Origin: Auanema rhodensis
Lineage: Eukaryota > Animalia > Nematoda
Assembly (NCBI GenBank): GCA_964057225.1
Contig: OZ059895.1
Location: 14,136,001-14,200,000 of the forward strand
DNA length: 64,000 nucleotides
Direction: 5' to 3'
Position numbers and translations under genes: made by a program
Notes under the pieces: generated by a model
The model's input: the letters and a program-made list of their open reading frames with translations, nothing else
What the model was told of the DNA's origin: nothing
Databases searched by the model: none
In this document: piece by piece, positions 41,047 to 55,979 of the stretch
Numbering within the stretch: position 1 is the first letter of the stretch
Layout: each line of letters starts with the position of its first letter

Positions 41047-41312
41047 TATGCACCACGGACAAAAATATCTTAGAGACCCCAGAAACCCCTTCAAACTACA
41101 AAAACAAATTTTTTTTTAAATTTCATAAGGTCACATAGTCTATATTCAGTCGAAATATTTATTAATAAAATAAAAACTGATTTTAATATTATTTTTGAAT
41201 TCATTATCGTTTTTTGACATTCAAAATGTATTTTTTCTGATTTTTTGTAGTTTGTCTGAGAAGATATAAGGGATTCTAAAAGTTGTCCGAGGTTTTTAGC
41301 ACATGACTGTAT
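41047..41312. mobile_element. Possible decayed Tc1-like non-autonomous element
   Basis: Patchy inverted similarity between the two ends (CGGACAA and CAAACTACAAAAA). The right end reads TACAGTC inward. Confidence 0.3.
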
Positions 41313-42005
41313 ATATTATATATTTAATAGTACAGATTATATATAAAAAAACTTTATTATTTAAAATATTGTAGGATATTTGAATAGAGTGGGCGTTAAC
41401 AGAGAGAGGGGGAGAGAGAGAGAGAGAAAGAAGAAAGGTGCATGAAAGTTATAGTGAGTGGGTTGGAGAAGACGAAGTCAAAGAATGTATACAAATATAT
41501 AAATTAAATATAAATTAATTATATTGTTTAATTATAAAAAAAAATAATTTTATATAATAAGAAGAAGAGAAAAATAGGAGAAAAAACAAAGATAGATAGG
41601 TATCATTCATTGAAAAGACCAGTAATGTGGAAAGGCAACGTCAAATATTCCAATATTCGTTGTCATATTTTTCCCAACAAAAAATTTTATAAAATAGTTT
41701 GCAGTTTCTTATTAAATTATCTAAGAAACATATAAGAAATACTATTAATAATGACAATTATTATGAAAAGAAATAACAAAAAAATGACAAAAATGACATA
41801 TTGCTTAGAGGGTTGTGGTGGACGGTTAGCGGATGAGTTTGAACAACTAAATTTGTTTTTTTTTCTTTTGCAAGTAAACCTTATACAGAAATTTGGGCAA
41901 AGATATTGATAAAAGTCCTGAGAATTGAAGTATTTCTGAAAACGATCTGTACGACACTTCAGATGAGCTATGATCAGGCTAATGCATGTACGGCAACAAA
42001 TAACT

Positions 42006-43527
42006 TCAATAGCTTCTAGTTGTTACCATACTCATGGTTGGCGGCTTTAAGAAGCCGTCATCCTCGTGTACCATATCAGGCGACATGAAGCATTCATCGG
42101 ATATTTGAGATTCAGGTGAACAGCTACGTGGCGAACAACCCCTAGAGATGGAAGTGCGTGGGGAGTTGCCTGAATAAGAAATGATTTGAATGAATAATTC
42201 TGATTACTTTTGATTAATTACCTCGACTGGAACCTTTGAAACTTCCTGGATCAGCAGTGCTATCAATAGATCGTTTTTTCATTTTTTGGCTACTATTCGA
42301 TGAAAATGAGTTTGAAGTTCTTCGAATACGGCGAACTTCACCATAGAAACCATCACGAACAGACGAAAAAACCTGAGAAATAGAAGAGAAAATGAATATT
42401 ATTCGTATTCTCTATGAAACATACCATGGCACCAAATTGTGAGAAAGCATGAGTAGTTGTATGAGCCTTATGTACAGCTGAATCTAGATGAGTACATTCC
42501 TGAAAATTACAAAAATAATTCAAATATTATATTATATTAATTATACCTGTATAGTTGCATCAGCTAAAACAGCAAAAAAATCTGGACGAAAACCTAATGA
42601 TCGAAGTTCTGCAAATTTGGCTCCAAATTCTTCAGAATGACGTTGAACCTACAAAACAAAATAAGTTAATTAATGAAATAATGAAAATTGAGCATTCAGA
42701 TCAGAAAATTGATGAAAAATCATAAATATTTTGAATAAATACATCAGTTGAAAGCAAATTATCAACGATCTCTTTTCATTTTCACATCAAAAATTGATTT
42801 TACATATTCTCACGTCGTTTTCACGTGAAATATTATACTTATATGATATAGTTATAAGAAAAAGTTTAAATATTAAATAAAATATATGATATAGATTGAT
42901 AACAAACCTCATCAACAAAATCTATATTAGTAACAACTTTCTTTAACATGATCTTAACGTCATTTTCAAATTCTTCACGTTTAGTTGGATCCATTGACAT
43001 GTAGAAATTACCAAATTCATGTCTTAAAAAGAAGTTTTGATGAAAAGTTTTAATTATGAAAAGCTTAAAACTTACTTCAAATCACACGCTCTCTTCATTA
43101 CACGTCGGCCAACAAGCTCATGAGGATTCGAGAAGCAACTCTGAAATGGTGTGTGTCATGTCTCAGAAGCATATTCAATGGCTTTTTCTCTCGTTTTTTT
43201 CATTTTTCTTCAACTTTTCATCCATTTTAAAGTTTTTTTTTCAAATAAAAATTGAATATTACCTGAATCAATCTACGCATTTTTAAAGGTAAAGGATGTC
43301 GTTGTTGTTGTTGACTTCCTCGACTGCTTGCAGATCCAGCACGTGCTCGATTAACTTCTTGTGCAGAATTTTCACAATTTTCTTCAAAAAAATAAGATGA
43401 AGATGAAAAATAATAATAACTTACTATACATTCCATCATAATAACTATTAGAGCCAGGCAAACGAATTGAAGGTAGTTTACCTTTAGATGATGATGTATG
43501 TCGTAATTTTGAAGATTCACCTCCCAT
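42006..43527 (-). CDS. Globin-like protein (nematode glb family) with N-myristoylation motif, 8 exons
   Basis: MGGESSKLRHTSSSK | ENCEN...HPLPLKMRRLIQ | SCFSNPHELVGRRVMKRACDLK | HEFGNFY...VVTNIDFVDE | VQRHSEEFGAKFAELRSLGFRPDFFAVLADATIQ | ECTHLD...FSQFGAM | VFSSVRDGFYGEVRRIRR... | Ser-rich tail. LR..GF.PDFF...ADA...EC..LD and VRDGFY resemble the G and H helices of nematode globins. Confidence 0.8.
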
Positions 43528-44891
43528 CGTAAAAAAACTGAAGAAATGAACTGAAATAATAATATTTTTTACTATTTTTACATATATAAATAGTTATAAA
43601 TGCATCATATAAAGTAGATAATTAAAATAATTAAATTTAAAATTTAAAAAAAAGAAATAAAAATAGTTAAAAATAGAAAAAAATGTGCATAAATGTATGA
43701 ATGAGACTGATGACAATTATTAGTTATAAATGAATAATTAAGAATATTTGTTAAGAAATATTATGATATCATTTAACTATATGTTATAAATTTATAAGAA
43801 TTTATATAAATTATAATGATTCTTCTTAATAATTATGATCACGTTGGTGGTGTGCCGTGAATGGATGCGAACATGAACAGTAAATGGATTCGAAGTTCAT
43901 CTGATATCTATCCTTTCCACTCCCTCCCTCCTTCCCTCACTCACTCTCTTTCTCCTTCTTTCTCTCTATCTTCCTCTCTCTCCCTCTCTTTCTCTCTCTC
44001 TCACTTTCTGCTTCTGTATGCTAGCTTGATTAGGATTCATAACTGATTTCTGAATCTCAGTGCACAACGACGCTGATTATTACAATAACTGATGTATCAA
44101 TGGAATTACATATAACAAAACAGGTGATAACGACGTCAATCATATCTAGATGATGGTCGCATTAACAAAAGATTCTGCTTAAATGAATGTTGACATCAAA
44201 TGAGGTAGCCGGAGGGGGATAATAGAGAGAAGGATGAGCTGCGACGTTCTTGACATCGTTCAAGTATTTCTGATGACATACGATTTACACGAATAAGCTC
44301 ATCCGATAGAAGAAAATAGCTATTTTTCCGTATATCATTCATGACATCAAGTCGATATTTAAAAGAAAAAGTTTTAAAATAGAAAATTTTAAATTTTAAA
44401 ATTTCAAAAAGATTTTTATTTCTTTTTAATAAATTAATTTATAAAAAATAAATAAAAACATAAAATGATAGAAGATAATGAATAGAAGAGATGGGCAAAG
44501 GGGAAAGAGGAGGGATAGAGGGAAGTAAGTAAGGACGGAAGGGAGGAAGGAAGGAAGAGTACATTCATCGTACTATCTTCATCGTTGACGTAAATTGTTT
44601 GAACTTGAGATAAAACTTTATGAGAATGATGATCATGATGATGAGATACAGTATATGAAGATGATGATGTATATATGGATTTTTCATAAAACTACGTGAA
44701 ATACACGTGTAATTAGAATATTCTAAATGATTTTTCTTTGAAAATTTTGGATATTTGCCAATACAAAAGTGTTTTTTAGTTATTTCGGTTAAGATGAGAT
44801 GAGTGAAGAATGATTGGAAAAATAGTTGATGGGGTTGAAGAGTTAGCTCATGTTCAGAAGAATAGAACGAGAATGGAGATGAAGAAGTGAA

Positions 44892-44939
<48 letters not shown>

Positions 44940-45085
44940 AGAATAGAATGGAGTATGATCTTATATGCATGAAGAAAATTCAAAAAATAGTAATTTGATT
45001 CTATTTTGGTGATGAAATCATAGATGAAAAAGATAAATAAGCAGTTTGATTTATGCAAAAGAATTAGAGAAAGAAAAGAAGAAGC

Positions 45086-45139
<54 letters not shown>

Positions 45140-45595
45140 AGAGAGAGTGATAATAGTCTGTAGGTATATGTTGCTTATATGGATATAGTTAACTAATCTA
45201 GTTTAAAAAAAATGCTGGAAAGGTTTAAAAGTTTAAAGCTTGTTATAAACTTCTATACACACATAGTTAGTTAGCTAGCTAAATGGATAGAAAGATAGAT
45301 AGATAGTTATACGTAATAATAGTTGAATGAAATTGAAAATAATATGAAAAAAACTGTAGTTATATTATATAAAAGAGTTTTGTTGCTCATAGTTATATAT
45401 ATATATATCATATAATATATATTATAACTAATATTCAGTCTTCTGTTATTCACATATACTCTTATTACTATTGCAAAGTAGTTGAAGTAGTAGTAGTAGA
45501 GCAGTGGTGAAAACGAACATGAAACTGTTCAGTAAGAATGATCAAAAATCTTTGTTATTATATACAGCTTACCAAACTCTTGTAGTAGTAAAAGA

Positions 45596-45645
<50 letters not shown>

Positions 45646-47228
45646 GTATACGTGCATGTGCGTGTGTGCTGTACTTCATATGAAATGTATCCTGCTTAGC
45701 TATATGTGCTAGAATCTTGATGATGCATCTCTTTTCTATGATGTTGTACAACTGAAGGTTTACATTTACCTGAAACAATCATTCTCTAATACTATTATAG
45801 TCAATTTCTTTCAATCTCTCTCTATCTCTCTTTATCTCTCTCTCTCTCTCTCTGTATCTCTCTTTCTCTCCATTTTGCACTAAAAAGTCTTGATGTCTAC
45901 CAATCCTATTCAGCACAGGATGTCTATGTGTATTCCCCGAAAAGCTTATTGAACTCCTGCTGCTAAAAGCGAAGCCACAAAAGACCTTTTCTTATTTCCA
46001 AAAATAGAAAATTTGCTTTCCACTTTTTGAAATGTAAAACAGACAGACAGCTTACTACATAGAGAAGTATATGAGAATCTTGTCAGTAAATTAAAAAAAA
46101 AGGAAAAGAAGAAGTTGTTGAAGCAATTAAAAGAATTTTTTTGGTTTCAAAAGAAAAATGAAAGTGATGGACAGTCGACGCATGAATAAGCATGTGTATG
46201 TACTTAATAACTTATAAATAATTATAATAAATAAATAAATTTATAATTTGTTTAATCATATAATATTTCAAAAAAAAAAATCTTGTTTTGTTCAAAAATC
46301 GCCTGAATATGGTTGTCGTGAAAACGGAAATCAGAAATTCTTTGCCGTCATCCACACTCAATATCGTCATTTCCTATATGTATGTATGCCCCCCCCCCCC
46401 TCCTCCAAATATAAGTAGTTTTTTGAGTCTAATTAGAAGAAAAAACAAAAAAAAACATAAAGTTTGTAATAAAAAATCCAAAAATAATGTCTTTTCGTTA
46501 TAAAAAAGGAGAAAAAACTTGAAGTTGTAGTGAATTTTTGAAGAAAAAAATATCTTTGTGTCAGACTATAAATAAATATTAAATTAGCGATGAAGGAATT
46601 GACGTCAGAATATGAAATAGAAAAAAACTGAAAATGATCAAGTTTGATATAGAGAGAGAGAGAGAGAGAGGGAGAGAGGGAGAGAGGGAGAGAATGGTCA
46701 ATGTATTAATATGAATAAATGAGATATTTGTATATATCTTACAATAAGAAATGCAATTTAGAAAACAAACAAAGGAAAATTCAAAAAAATATTCATTCAT
46801 TTCATATCAAAACTAATTATTTTTTGATTTTCTTATTGAAAAATAAAAATAAATTATATTTAACTATGCGTATATGAACAATACGTTAACTATAATATAT
46901 TATGTAATAGGCATATTATGTGTTGACCCTTTCTACTCTCTAGACTCCCTTCTCTCTTTATTATTTTTCATTTTTAGTCCACATAGTATGTAAATGCTTG
47001 CACACATGTTGGAAACTACAAAAAAAAAAGTTTTTGAATAATAAAATCAGTGAATGTTAATTGAAATACAAAGAGAATTGCAAATTATCAAATTTTAACT
47101 ATATCATATAGTTATCTAGAGGTTAATATCATATAATCAACAAGTATTTTGGTGCTAATAGTTGAAGTTTCTTCTTTTAAAAGACGATTTAACTATTATA
47201 TTAGAAGATGTTAGTAGAGAAGTAACAT

Positions 47229-47233
<5 letters not shown>

Positions 47234-47291
<58 letters not shown>

Positions 47292-47298
47292 AGAGAGA
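47234..47298. repeat. (GA)n microsatellite
   Basis: Direct inspection; one of many GA/CT tracts between 36 and 58 kb. Confidence 0.95.
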
Positions 47299-47444
47299 CA
47301 AGAACAGAGAAATTGAACGAGAAAAGGAGAAAGTTACAAGGGATTATGAAAAGACAAAGTGAAGATGCTCAGGGTAATCCTATGTTCAGAAGGAACTATT
47401 AGTAATCTGGAAAAAGCTTCTCATTATCTATCTTTCTCATTCCT

Positions 47445-47475
<31 letters not shown>

Positions 47476-48222
47476 ATCTTTCTCTCGTTCTTCTATGTAA
47501 TTTTCTCTCATATGCACATAGTATCTGACAGCCGTTCTAGTCGTTGTGGTTTTCGTCGTCGTCGTCGTTGTCGTCGACAACGCATTCCCATACTTATCTG
47601 CTGACGTCAGAGCTTTAGACTAGGCATAGCATCTCGGTTTCGAAATGGCTATATATGGACTGAACATGATATATAATTGAAAATGAAGAGAGTAGTCAGA
47701 CAATCAAATATACATATCTTCGATAATAGGAAGATAGAAAGGGAGACATGGAGGAAGAAAGAGAGAGAGAGAGAATGTACAAGCAGATAGACATCCATCT
47801 ACAGACAAGAAGATGAGCTGAAGCAAATGGCTGAGTAAGATGATCATGAGAGCCGCCGATGAAGCTTTATTCAGATTCTTCAAATTCTTTCAAAAAAAAA
47901 AGAGGAAAAGAAGTAACATTTCAAATTTATTGAAGTATCCTTTAACCACTTTTCTTCATTTTTCATTCGTTATACACAAGTTTTTTTTCAAAAAAAAAAA
48001 GTAATTTGTAAGACTAATTGAAAATTTAAAATTATAGTTGTAATGATAAAATGGCTGAAACATAAAATTTCAAAATAAAGGAATAACTGTTGTCAAAACC
48101 CTAATTTACATGTTTTTTTTAGTTAAAAAACAAAATATAAATTAAAGTTTTACAAAAAAAAATGTAATTTATTTAATAAAATTTTAATAATTTTTTAAAA
48201 TAAAATGTAAATTGTTTTATTT

Positions 48223-48275
<53 letters not shown>

Positions 48276-49183
48276 TTCCTCTCTGATTTATCTCTCTCTC
48301 TCTTTCTTTTTCTATTTTTCATACTTATAGTATGTTTCAAAAATCTTTAAAACGAAAATCAAAATGATGATTTTTCATAGATTTTCATGACATACGTATA
48401 TTCTGATTACGTCATTTAAAATCCTTATAAGAGGAGACAACCAATAGGCGGATAGTACACTGAAAGCAAAAATCATTTTAACTGCTTCTTTCTCATTTTT
48501 CAAAAAAAAGGGAGGAAATTAATATCTTAAGCATTAGAAATGGCTAAGACAACAATGATAAAGCGAAGATTAGATGAAGAAACAACCGCTCGTTGGTCTT
48601 GAAAAGTGAAAAAATAAAACTGCACGTGGTAATTCACGTGAACATTTGACGCAGGAAATGTGCTTGAACGCAGTTATAAGCTTAACTTCATTAGAATAGC
48701 TTGATTCATCCATCATCTGTGACTGTTACGCGAAGGACTGGAAGGGTGAAAGAAGAGGAAAAAACCTTCTTTTTTCATTTCTTTTCCAGTTTGTCTAGCT
48801 AAAAAGGGATAATGAAGTATAAGATAATAGAAAGTTGAAGAAGAAGAAAGTTCCAAAAATAAAATGAAGTTAAAGTAAAAAGAGAATAGAAATAGAAATG
48901 TTCGACAAGACAGTTGTGAAATAGTATATGAAATGAAGAGAAATAAAGAAATATAATGTTGTAATTGAGAAGTTGATTGAAAGAAGTACCTGAATAGAAA
49001 CAAAACCACATAAAACTTTAAAATTAGCTATTTTTGGCTTTTGTATAAAGAGAAGAGAGGAGACAATTTTCATCTCTATCTCTCTTAAATCTCTTTTATC
49101 TTTTTAATTGTTCAAAAACTTATTTTGGTCTTGTTTCTTAAATGAAAATACCTCTGAATCAGCCATTTACTACCAATCAGTCA

Positions 49184-49214
<31 letters not shown>

Positions 49215-52200
49215 GCCTATTTTCTCTTTAAAAGTTTATCTTATCAATAAAAAATAATATTTTTTACTAAAAGTAGTAAAAGAAAAATATATTCATGATC
49301 AAGAAGATGAACAAAAGAAATATATATATATATATGTATATATGAACTATATATAGTTTATATGAAAAACTATAATAGGCTTCGTTTTAAGCATAATTTC
49401 CATGAAATTAGCATAAGCTTTGCTGAATTCGTTAAAGCTTTCTTGTTAAATGAACAAGAATAGCATACGAACACGTGGATTATAACAAATTATATGAAGT
49501 AATGATGTAGAAAATACTTTTCAAATATATGTACGTAAAGAGCATTTGAAGTAAAATAAAATGAAATTTTGTTCTAAGAAATAGGTTTTACAACGATATT
49601 TTCGTCAGAAGAACTTTGTATATTTATATAAATGTTATGGAAAACCTTTAATCTTTTATGGGTAAAAGATATATTAAAGTTCTAGATTTTAAGAAGAGAA
49701 GGAGAAAAGAAATATTCGAAAATAATTTTAGAAAATATATATTTCATTTTAACTATATATATAGTAAGTATGTATATATTCATGTTTTGATGTTATTTCA
49801 ACACGATTTTTGGATCTAAGATACATTGAAAGTTGAGAGAGAAAAAGTAAGAGAGAAAGAGAGAAAGTAAGAGAGAGAGAGAGAGAGAAAGTAAAACAGA
49901 GAGAGAGAGAGGGTAGGTGTATGGGGAATTGGTGTAGGTAAGTACGAAAAGGTATGTGTGTGTGTATGTGAGCATGTATTGCATCTAATGAATTCTGAGG
50001 TCATATAAGGAAGAAATTATAAAAAGTTTCCAACTTATTTTTGGAATTCAAGTTTGAAGGAACATTTTGAATTTTGAAAAGGCAACCACCTGAAGCATAT
50101 TTTCGGATAAAAATATTTTTTGTTGTAAAAAAATGGCAAACAAGTTGTCGAAAAATGCTTGAAAACGCAAAAAAAATTTTTTTTAAGATGAGCTGTATAT
50201 GGCTTGAGTATTGGACAAGATGAAAATAGATTATGAGAAAGACATTGAAATGAGAGGGTGAGTCTGAATGCTTATAAAGAGTTGTAGAAAAGCATTTCTA
50301 AGCCTTCTAATTAAGCTGATTATGTGCTTGTATTGTAGGCGTAATTACCGGATGCTTCAACATGCGCTTCTCTCTCTCTCACTCTTTAATTCTAAATACT
50401 CTCAATCTACTTCATCTTCTTCTTCTTCTTCGTGTCTCATAGCCTATCTTTACTCTTCTTCAACAGGTCCTTTTCATGTCTTTTGTCTTTCAGCCCTCTC
50501 TCTTCATCTCTCCCTCTCTTCTTCTTTTCTTAACACATTCCTTTTTACTCAGTTAAATATACTATATATTATATATATATATAGTATATTTAACTAATAA
50601 AAAGTGAAAATTCTATATGTTATTCTATTTTAAAAAAAAAAGAACGAAAATAAGCTTGACCGTAAAAGGAAAAACTCCATTAATAGATTGAAAGAGCTGA
50701 AAAAAAAAAGATTCTAACCACGTCATCAGCATCCATATTCATTCAGATGTCCGTTCAGTATCTCTTTTTTAACTAAAAAGAGGTTCAAAAGAAAGAATAA
50801 GAAGAGTGTGTATGTCCATATGAAAGTGATGGGATGATGAGCTTTTCCAGCAATTGCAGAACGTTTTTCCAAACCAAAAATATACATTACAAATCTCTTT
50901 TTATCTTTAAATTTAAAATTTTTTCATGTAAAATAATTCATTTTTAAGGTTTTAAGGTTCAAATGATTTGAACTTAAGTGTCATCATTTCATTTTTTCTT
51001 TAAAAGTAATGAAAAACAAGTAACAAGTCTCATACAAGTTCATTTTTGGTTGAAACTTGTTCTGAATAACTTCCTCTTTTCCTGATTTTACATAAAGTTT
51101 ACAAGTTCTCTTAGTTTAAAGATCCTTTCAAAGTTTTATGATTATTTCAGATTAATCTATATATCTTATATAGTTAAAAGAGAAAAGAATTATAGTTTGA
51201 AGATGTATGTATGAATATAAAATTTTAATTTTCTAATTAAAAAATATTTTATAAAGACAAATAAAGTTTAAAAAGATTATTATTCTCTCTTAACTACATT
51301 TCAATTTAAATTTATATAAAATTATTTGAATTATTTTAGAAAAGTAGTCAAAAAAAAGTTTTTCTTCTCCTGAATCTCTTTGAAGAAAAAAAAAAGTTTG
51401 AAGCTTATTGGGAGCACAGGAAATTTAGAACGAAAGATAAGAGCATAAGCTTCCGGTACATTAAAGATTTTCTATGGAAAAGTCCAAAAATTACAATCTT
51501 TTGTTCAAAAAAAAAAAGAAAGTCAACTATAGAATTAAGGAAAAAACAGATTTTATTCTTTATGTACAGATAGAAGAGAAGAATATTTAAATATTATTAA
51601 CTAACTATGTATATAAATTATAAAATTTTATATAATTATATGTAAAAACATTAATTTTAATTTGTTTGTTTGTTGTTTTCAAATAGAAAAAAATGTTCAA
51701 CATTATCAAACTCTATGAGAAACTTTGAACATGTCGAAAGAAGTTGTTAGATGAGTTGGCTAACATTGAAAATGATTCTCGTGCACGGGAAAATGAACGG
51801 ATTTTCAGAAAATTTAAATAAAATTGAATAAAAAGTTTTTAATTTTATAGAGAGTAAGATAGAGAAAGAGAGAGAGAGAAGAAAGGAGTGAGAAGGAGGG
51901 ATGGAGGAAAGAATAGAGGAATAGAGAGAAAGAGACTGATGAGATGTTTCATTCAAGAAATGCAAAAAGAAAGAATAATATGAATATTATGTATATAGTT
52001 AACTAAGGAATATTATATGAAAAGTATATTAAAGATAAAAGAAAAAAGGATATTCGGTTTTTAAAGAGATAAAAAGGATAAAGATGTGATTTTTCAACAG
52101 AAATATGAATGATATCATTATTCTAATAAAGAAGATTAAATGATAGGAAAACCTTCAAAATCCATCTTACATACATATATATGTATAGTTAAACCTCATA

Positions 52201-54247
52201 ATGATAGCAACAAAGAGAGATAGAGAGAGGGAGAGAGAGATAGAGACAGACAGAGAGAGAGAGAGATAGAGGCGCAAGGAACTGGGAGCAAAATGCTCCT
52301 CCGATTTTCTCTTTTAGTAATTGGATAAGACACACACAGTAATGTCTTATCCGGACAAATGTCCTCATCAAATCAGATGATTTTGCAAATTTCAATTTGA
52401 CGATGATGATGGTGATGGAAAAGATGAGAAGATGTACGATGACGACGACGACATCAAGCATAATGATCATGAGGAAGGTCAATGAAACTTCAGAGAGAGA
52501 GAGAGAGAGAAGGAAGGGGAAGTTTAAAGCTTTTTATTGGATAAACATCTTCACAAAACGACCATATTTGGTATAACTCTTCTTGAGCCCCCACATCTTC
52601 GTTTCTCTCTCTCAGTCTCGTTCTCTCTATGTTCCTTTTTTTGAAAATGTCCTTTTATCGATGCCATACCAATGTCCTTCTTTTAAATTAAAAAAAAAAG
52701 TTTTTTTTTTCGATTGTTTTAAGACTTTAGAGAAGAAACATCAACTTGCTTTGATGTGATGTACTTGTCATCTATTTTGACTAGTCAATGTTATACATAC
52801 ATATGTATGTATATATACATATAGTATAAGAAAAACTTCAAAAATCTTAGAATCATAGATGACAAAGATGAAGAAAAGAAGTTGAAAGTATGTGCTGTTG
52901 TTTGACATGATTATAAGATGAAGAATCAAATATTATCTACTTAAGACACAAAAAAAAGCAAAAATGGCTTATCCTACGTATTATACATACATAGTTAGCA
53001 TAATTAATAGTTTAAGTTTCGATTATACAGTTTTTCATATGAAACGCATGATTTCAATTATTATTTTTTTTTGCATCCAAACAAAAAAAAATTGTGAAAA
53101 TCGAAAGAATTTTAATAATTCTTGTAATTTATATGTTGATTATGAGAAAATGAGTGATGATTAGCCAGCAATTTGAAATGAAATTGATTCAAAAGAGAAA
53201 ACATTTTCAGAAAAAAAATGAGAGAAATCATTCTATAACAGCATAGTTATGTATGTTAATTACATTTTTTTTGAATCAATAAAACAACATAATTATATGT
53301 ATGAGAATGTTAACTATATCATATAATAGATTTGAAGTATGAGAAGTCGAAAGATGATGAAACAACCGTTCATGATATGAATTACAGTTAAAATGAAGAT
53401 GAGAGAAGACCCGCACGCGTAATCTTATCACGTATGCTAATTTATAATTTACGTGAAAAAATGAAAAATGCATAGTTATATGATATAGTTAGTTTAATCC
53501 GGTCTAATAACGTATAAATGAATTTAGAATAATAATATTATATAGATAAATAATTTGGATTATAAGTTGAAAGAGAGCGAAAAGGACAAGTGATGGAAGT
53601 ACAACGATAAGCTCATTTCTCACATTATTATAATGGAATTTGAAAACAAACTTAGATCAGAAATGAGTATTACTTGAAGAATATTCTTGTATTTTTGAAA
53701 ATATAAGATTATACTGAATTGAACCTTAAGTAGAAGGAAAGAGAGCTGGTGAAGAGTGGATGGGAGGGAAGAAAGTTGAAGAGAAGATGAGAAGAACTTT
53801 ACGAAAGAAGGAATACCATTTACAAAAGGTCAAATAACTCCAAGTGGAATTATGAGTTCTCATCGTGTTTTTGCCATCACATGTTGATTGTAGAAGCAAC
53901 AGTAGACATTATTTGATGATGATGATGAAGAAGCCGGGCAATTGTGGATGTTATCCTCTTCTAACATTCTCTTTCTCTCTCTTTTTTTCTCTCTCTTGTT
54001 ATCTATATCTCTGGATTCTCTCTTAATAACTTAATGTATAAACTATAAATATATATTATTGCCTTACTTTTCTTACACATCGTTATCTCGAAAGATTATC
54101 CTATTTTATGATGAGCCAGCCACAAAGTGAGGCAATTGAGGTAAACAGCAAGAAAGAAAGGAATATCAACAGGAACAGCACAATGTCGTTCTATGATAGT
54201 TGAATAAGCATAAAGAGAGGAAAAGGGATAAATGGAAGAGACAGTCA

Positions 54248-54249
<2 letters not shown>

Positions 54250-54324
<75 letters not shown>
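54250..54324. repeat. (GA)n microsatellite, ~75 bp perfect
   Basis: Direct inspection. Confidence 0.95.
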
Positions 54325-54327
<3 letters not shown>

Positions 54328-55934
54328 TAGGAGAGTAATGAGAGCAACAGCTGATAGCTTACTTTAAGTTCTTCCAAGTTTTGAGGCTAAATAAAGATGC
54401 TGAGATTATAGTAAAAAGACAAAAAGAGAGAGAAAGAGAGAGAAACTTTAGAAACTCGGAGGTTTATATCTAATTTCCTATCTGTCTGTCTGTCTATCGT
54501 TAACTATATGAAGAATGAATACATATAGTTTAGAACATCTCTCAATAGCATTCGTATATACATAGCAGTAAACAACTTTTATATTAAGAAATGAATTGAA
54601 TATATACATAGATAACCATAACTACATATCAAAGAAAGATATACATACAAGTATACAAACATATTATCAAAAACTAACTAACTATATCATATAGTTAGAG
54701 AAAATTTCTTTTATAATTACTATATAATACATACATAGATGTATTCTTAAGCATATGTATATCATTAAGTAAAGCTTAACATAATACTCCAAACTAATAC
54801 TAAACCAGCCAGCCAGCCAGCCAGTCAGCTAACTATACGTATAGCATATAGCTAAAACTATATTTTTGAATTTTATTTAATAAATGAAAAAATCAAAGAA
54901 AAAAAAAGAAAAAGAAGGAAAGACAAATGCTTATTATTAACTATACGTAATAAGTAATAAGCAGTAATATACTAAGTATTAAGAAATCAGACTACAAAGA
55001 ATTATAAAAATAATAATATTGAGATAAATTGATTAAATATAATTTTATAAAATTTATAATAAATATTATAATTTATATAGTTAAAAATAAATAATTTATA
55101 AATATATATATGTATAATAGTAATAAATATAAAATTTAAGTAAAAGATCTTCATAATCTTCAGAATATTAGCAAGTAGTTTATTCAAAATACATAAATAG
55201 TATAAATGAACTTATAATCAAGTTTTATGCAAATTATTCGTTAAAATATAAATTTTTATACATAAATATTATAATTATTATATTAATTATATGATATGAA
55301 GTAGAAAAGAATAATACTAAAAGAGTATTTGAACAGAGACAAAAAGGAAGTTTTTCATCCAAAATTTTGGTCATCAACTCTCATTATCCAAACTTTTTTT
55401 ATAATTTATTCATAATTACAAAGAAATTCTCATATTTTCTTCTCACGAAAACGAGCAAAAACTTCAAAAAGCCTATCTAATATTCGGAAAAATAAAATCA
55501 AAAACTATGTCACATTATCAAAAGAAGTTGAAGAAAAAAAAGTAGATGAAGCTTTACAAGTTGAAAAATCGTTCAAGCTGCAACAGCGTAAAGAGATTAT
55601 AAACTTTTTCGTTTTTTTTTTTGAAGAAAAAAAATAATAAAATGATTAAAAATGAAAGAATAATTAATGAATGTTTTTAGAAATATATTATAAAATTATT
55701 TGAAATATTTACTTTTCTAATAGAAATTTTTGCATTTATACGTACTTTTATATGATATATTATAACTTATTTGTATAATTTTTCTATTATTTATATTCTT
55801 AAACTTTCGACTTATAATTTATATTTTGTATTAAAAAATAAAATAATATTTTATAAATATTTAAATTAATTTTTATAAAAAATTTATGAAATTCTTTTAA
55901 TTTTCAAATAAATGAAATATTTATTATTATCATC

Positions 55935-55978
<44 letters not shown>
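55935..55978. repeat. (TTG)n microsatellite
   Basis: Direct inspection. Confidence 0.95.

Positions 55979-55979
<1 letters not shown>

Noticed and set aside
44200-44230. let-7-family miRNA (TGAGGTAG seed)
   Set aside because: There is no fold-back partner, and the remaining sequence is unlike let-7.
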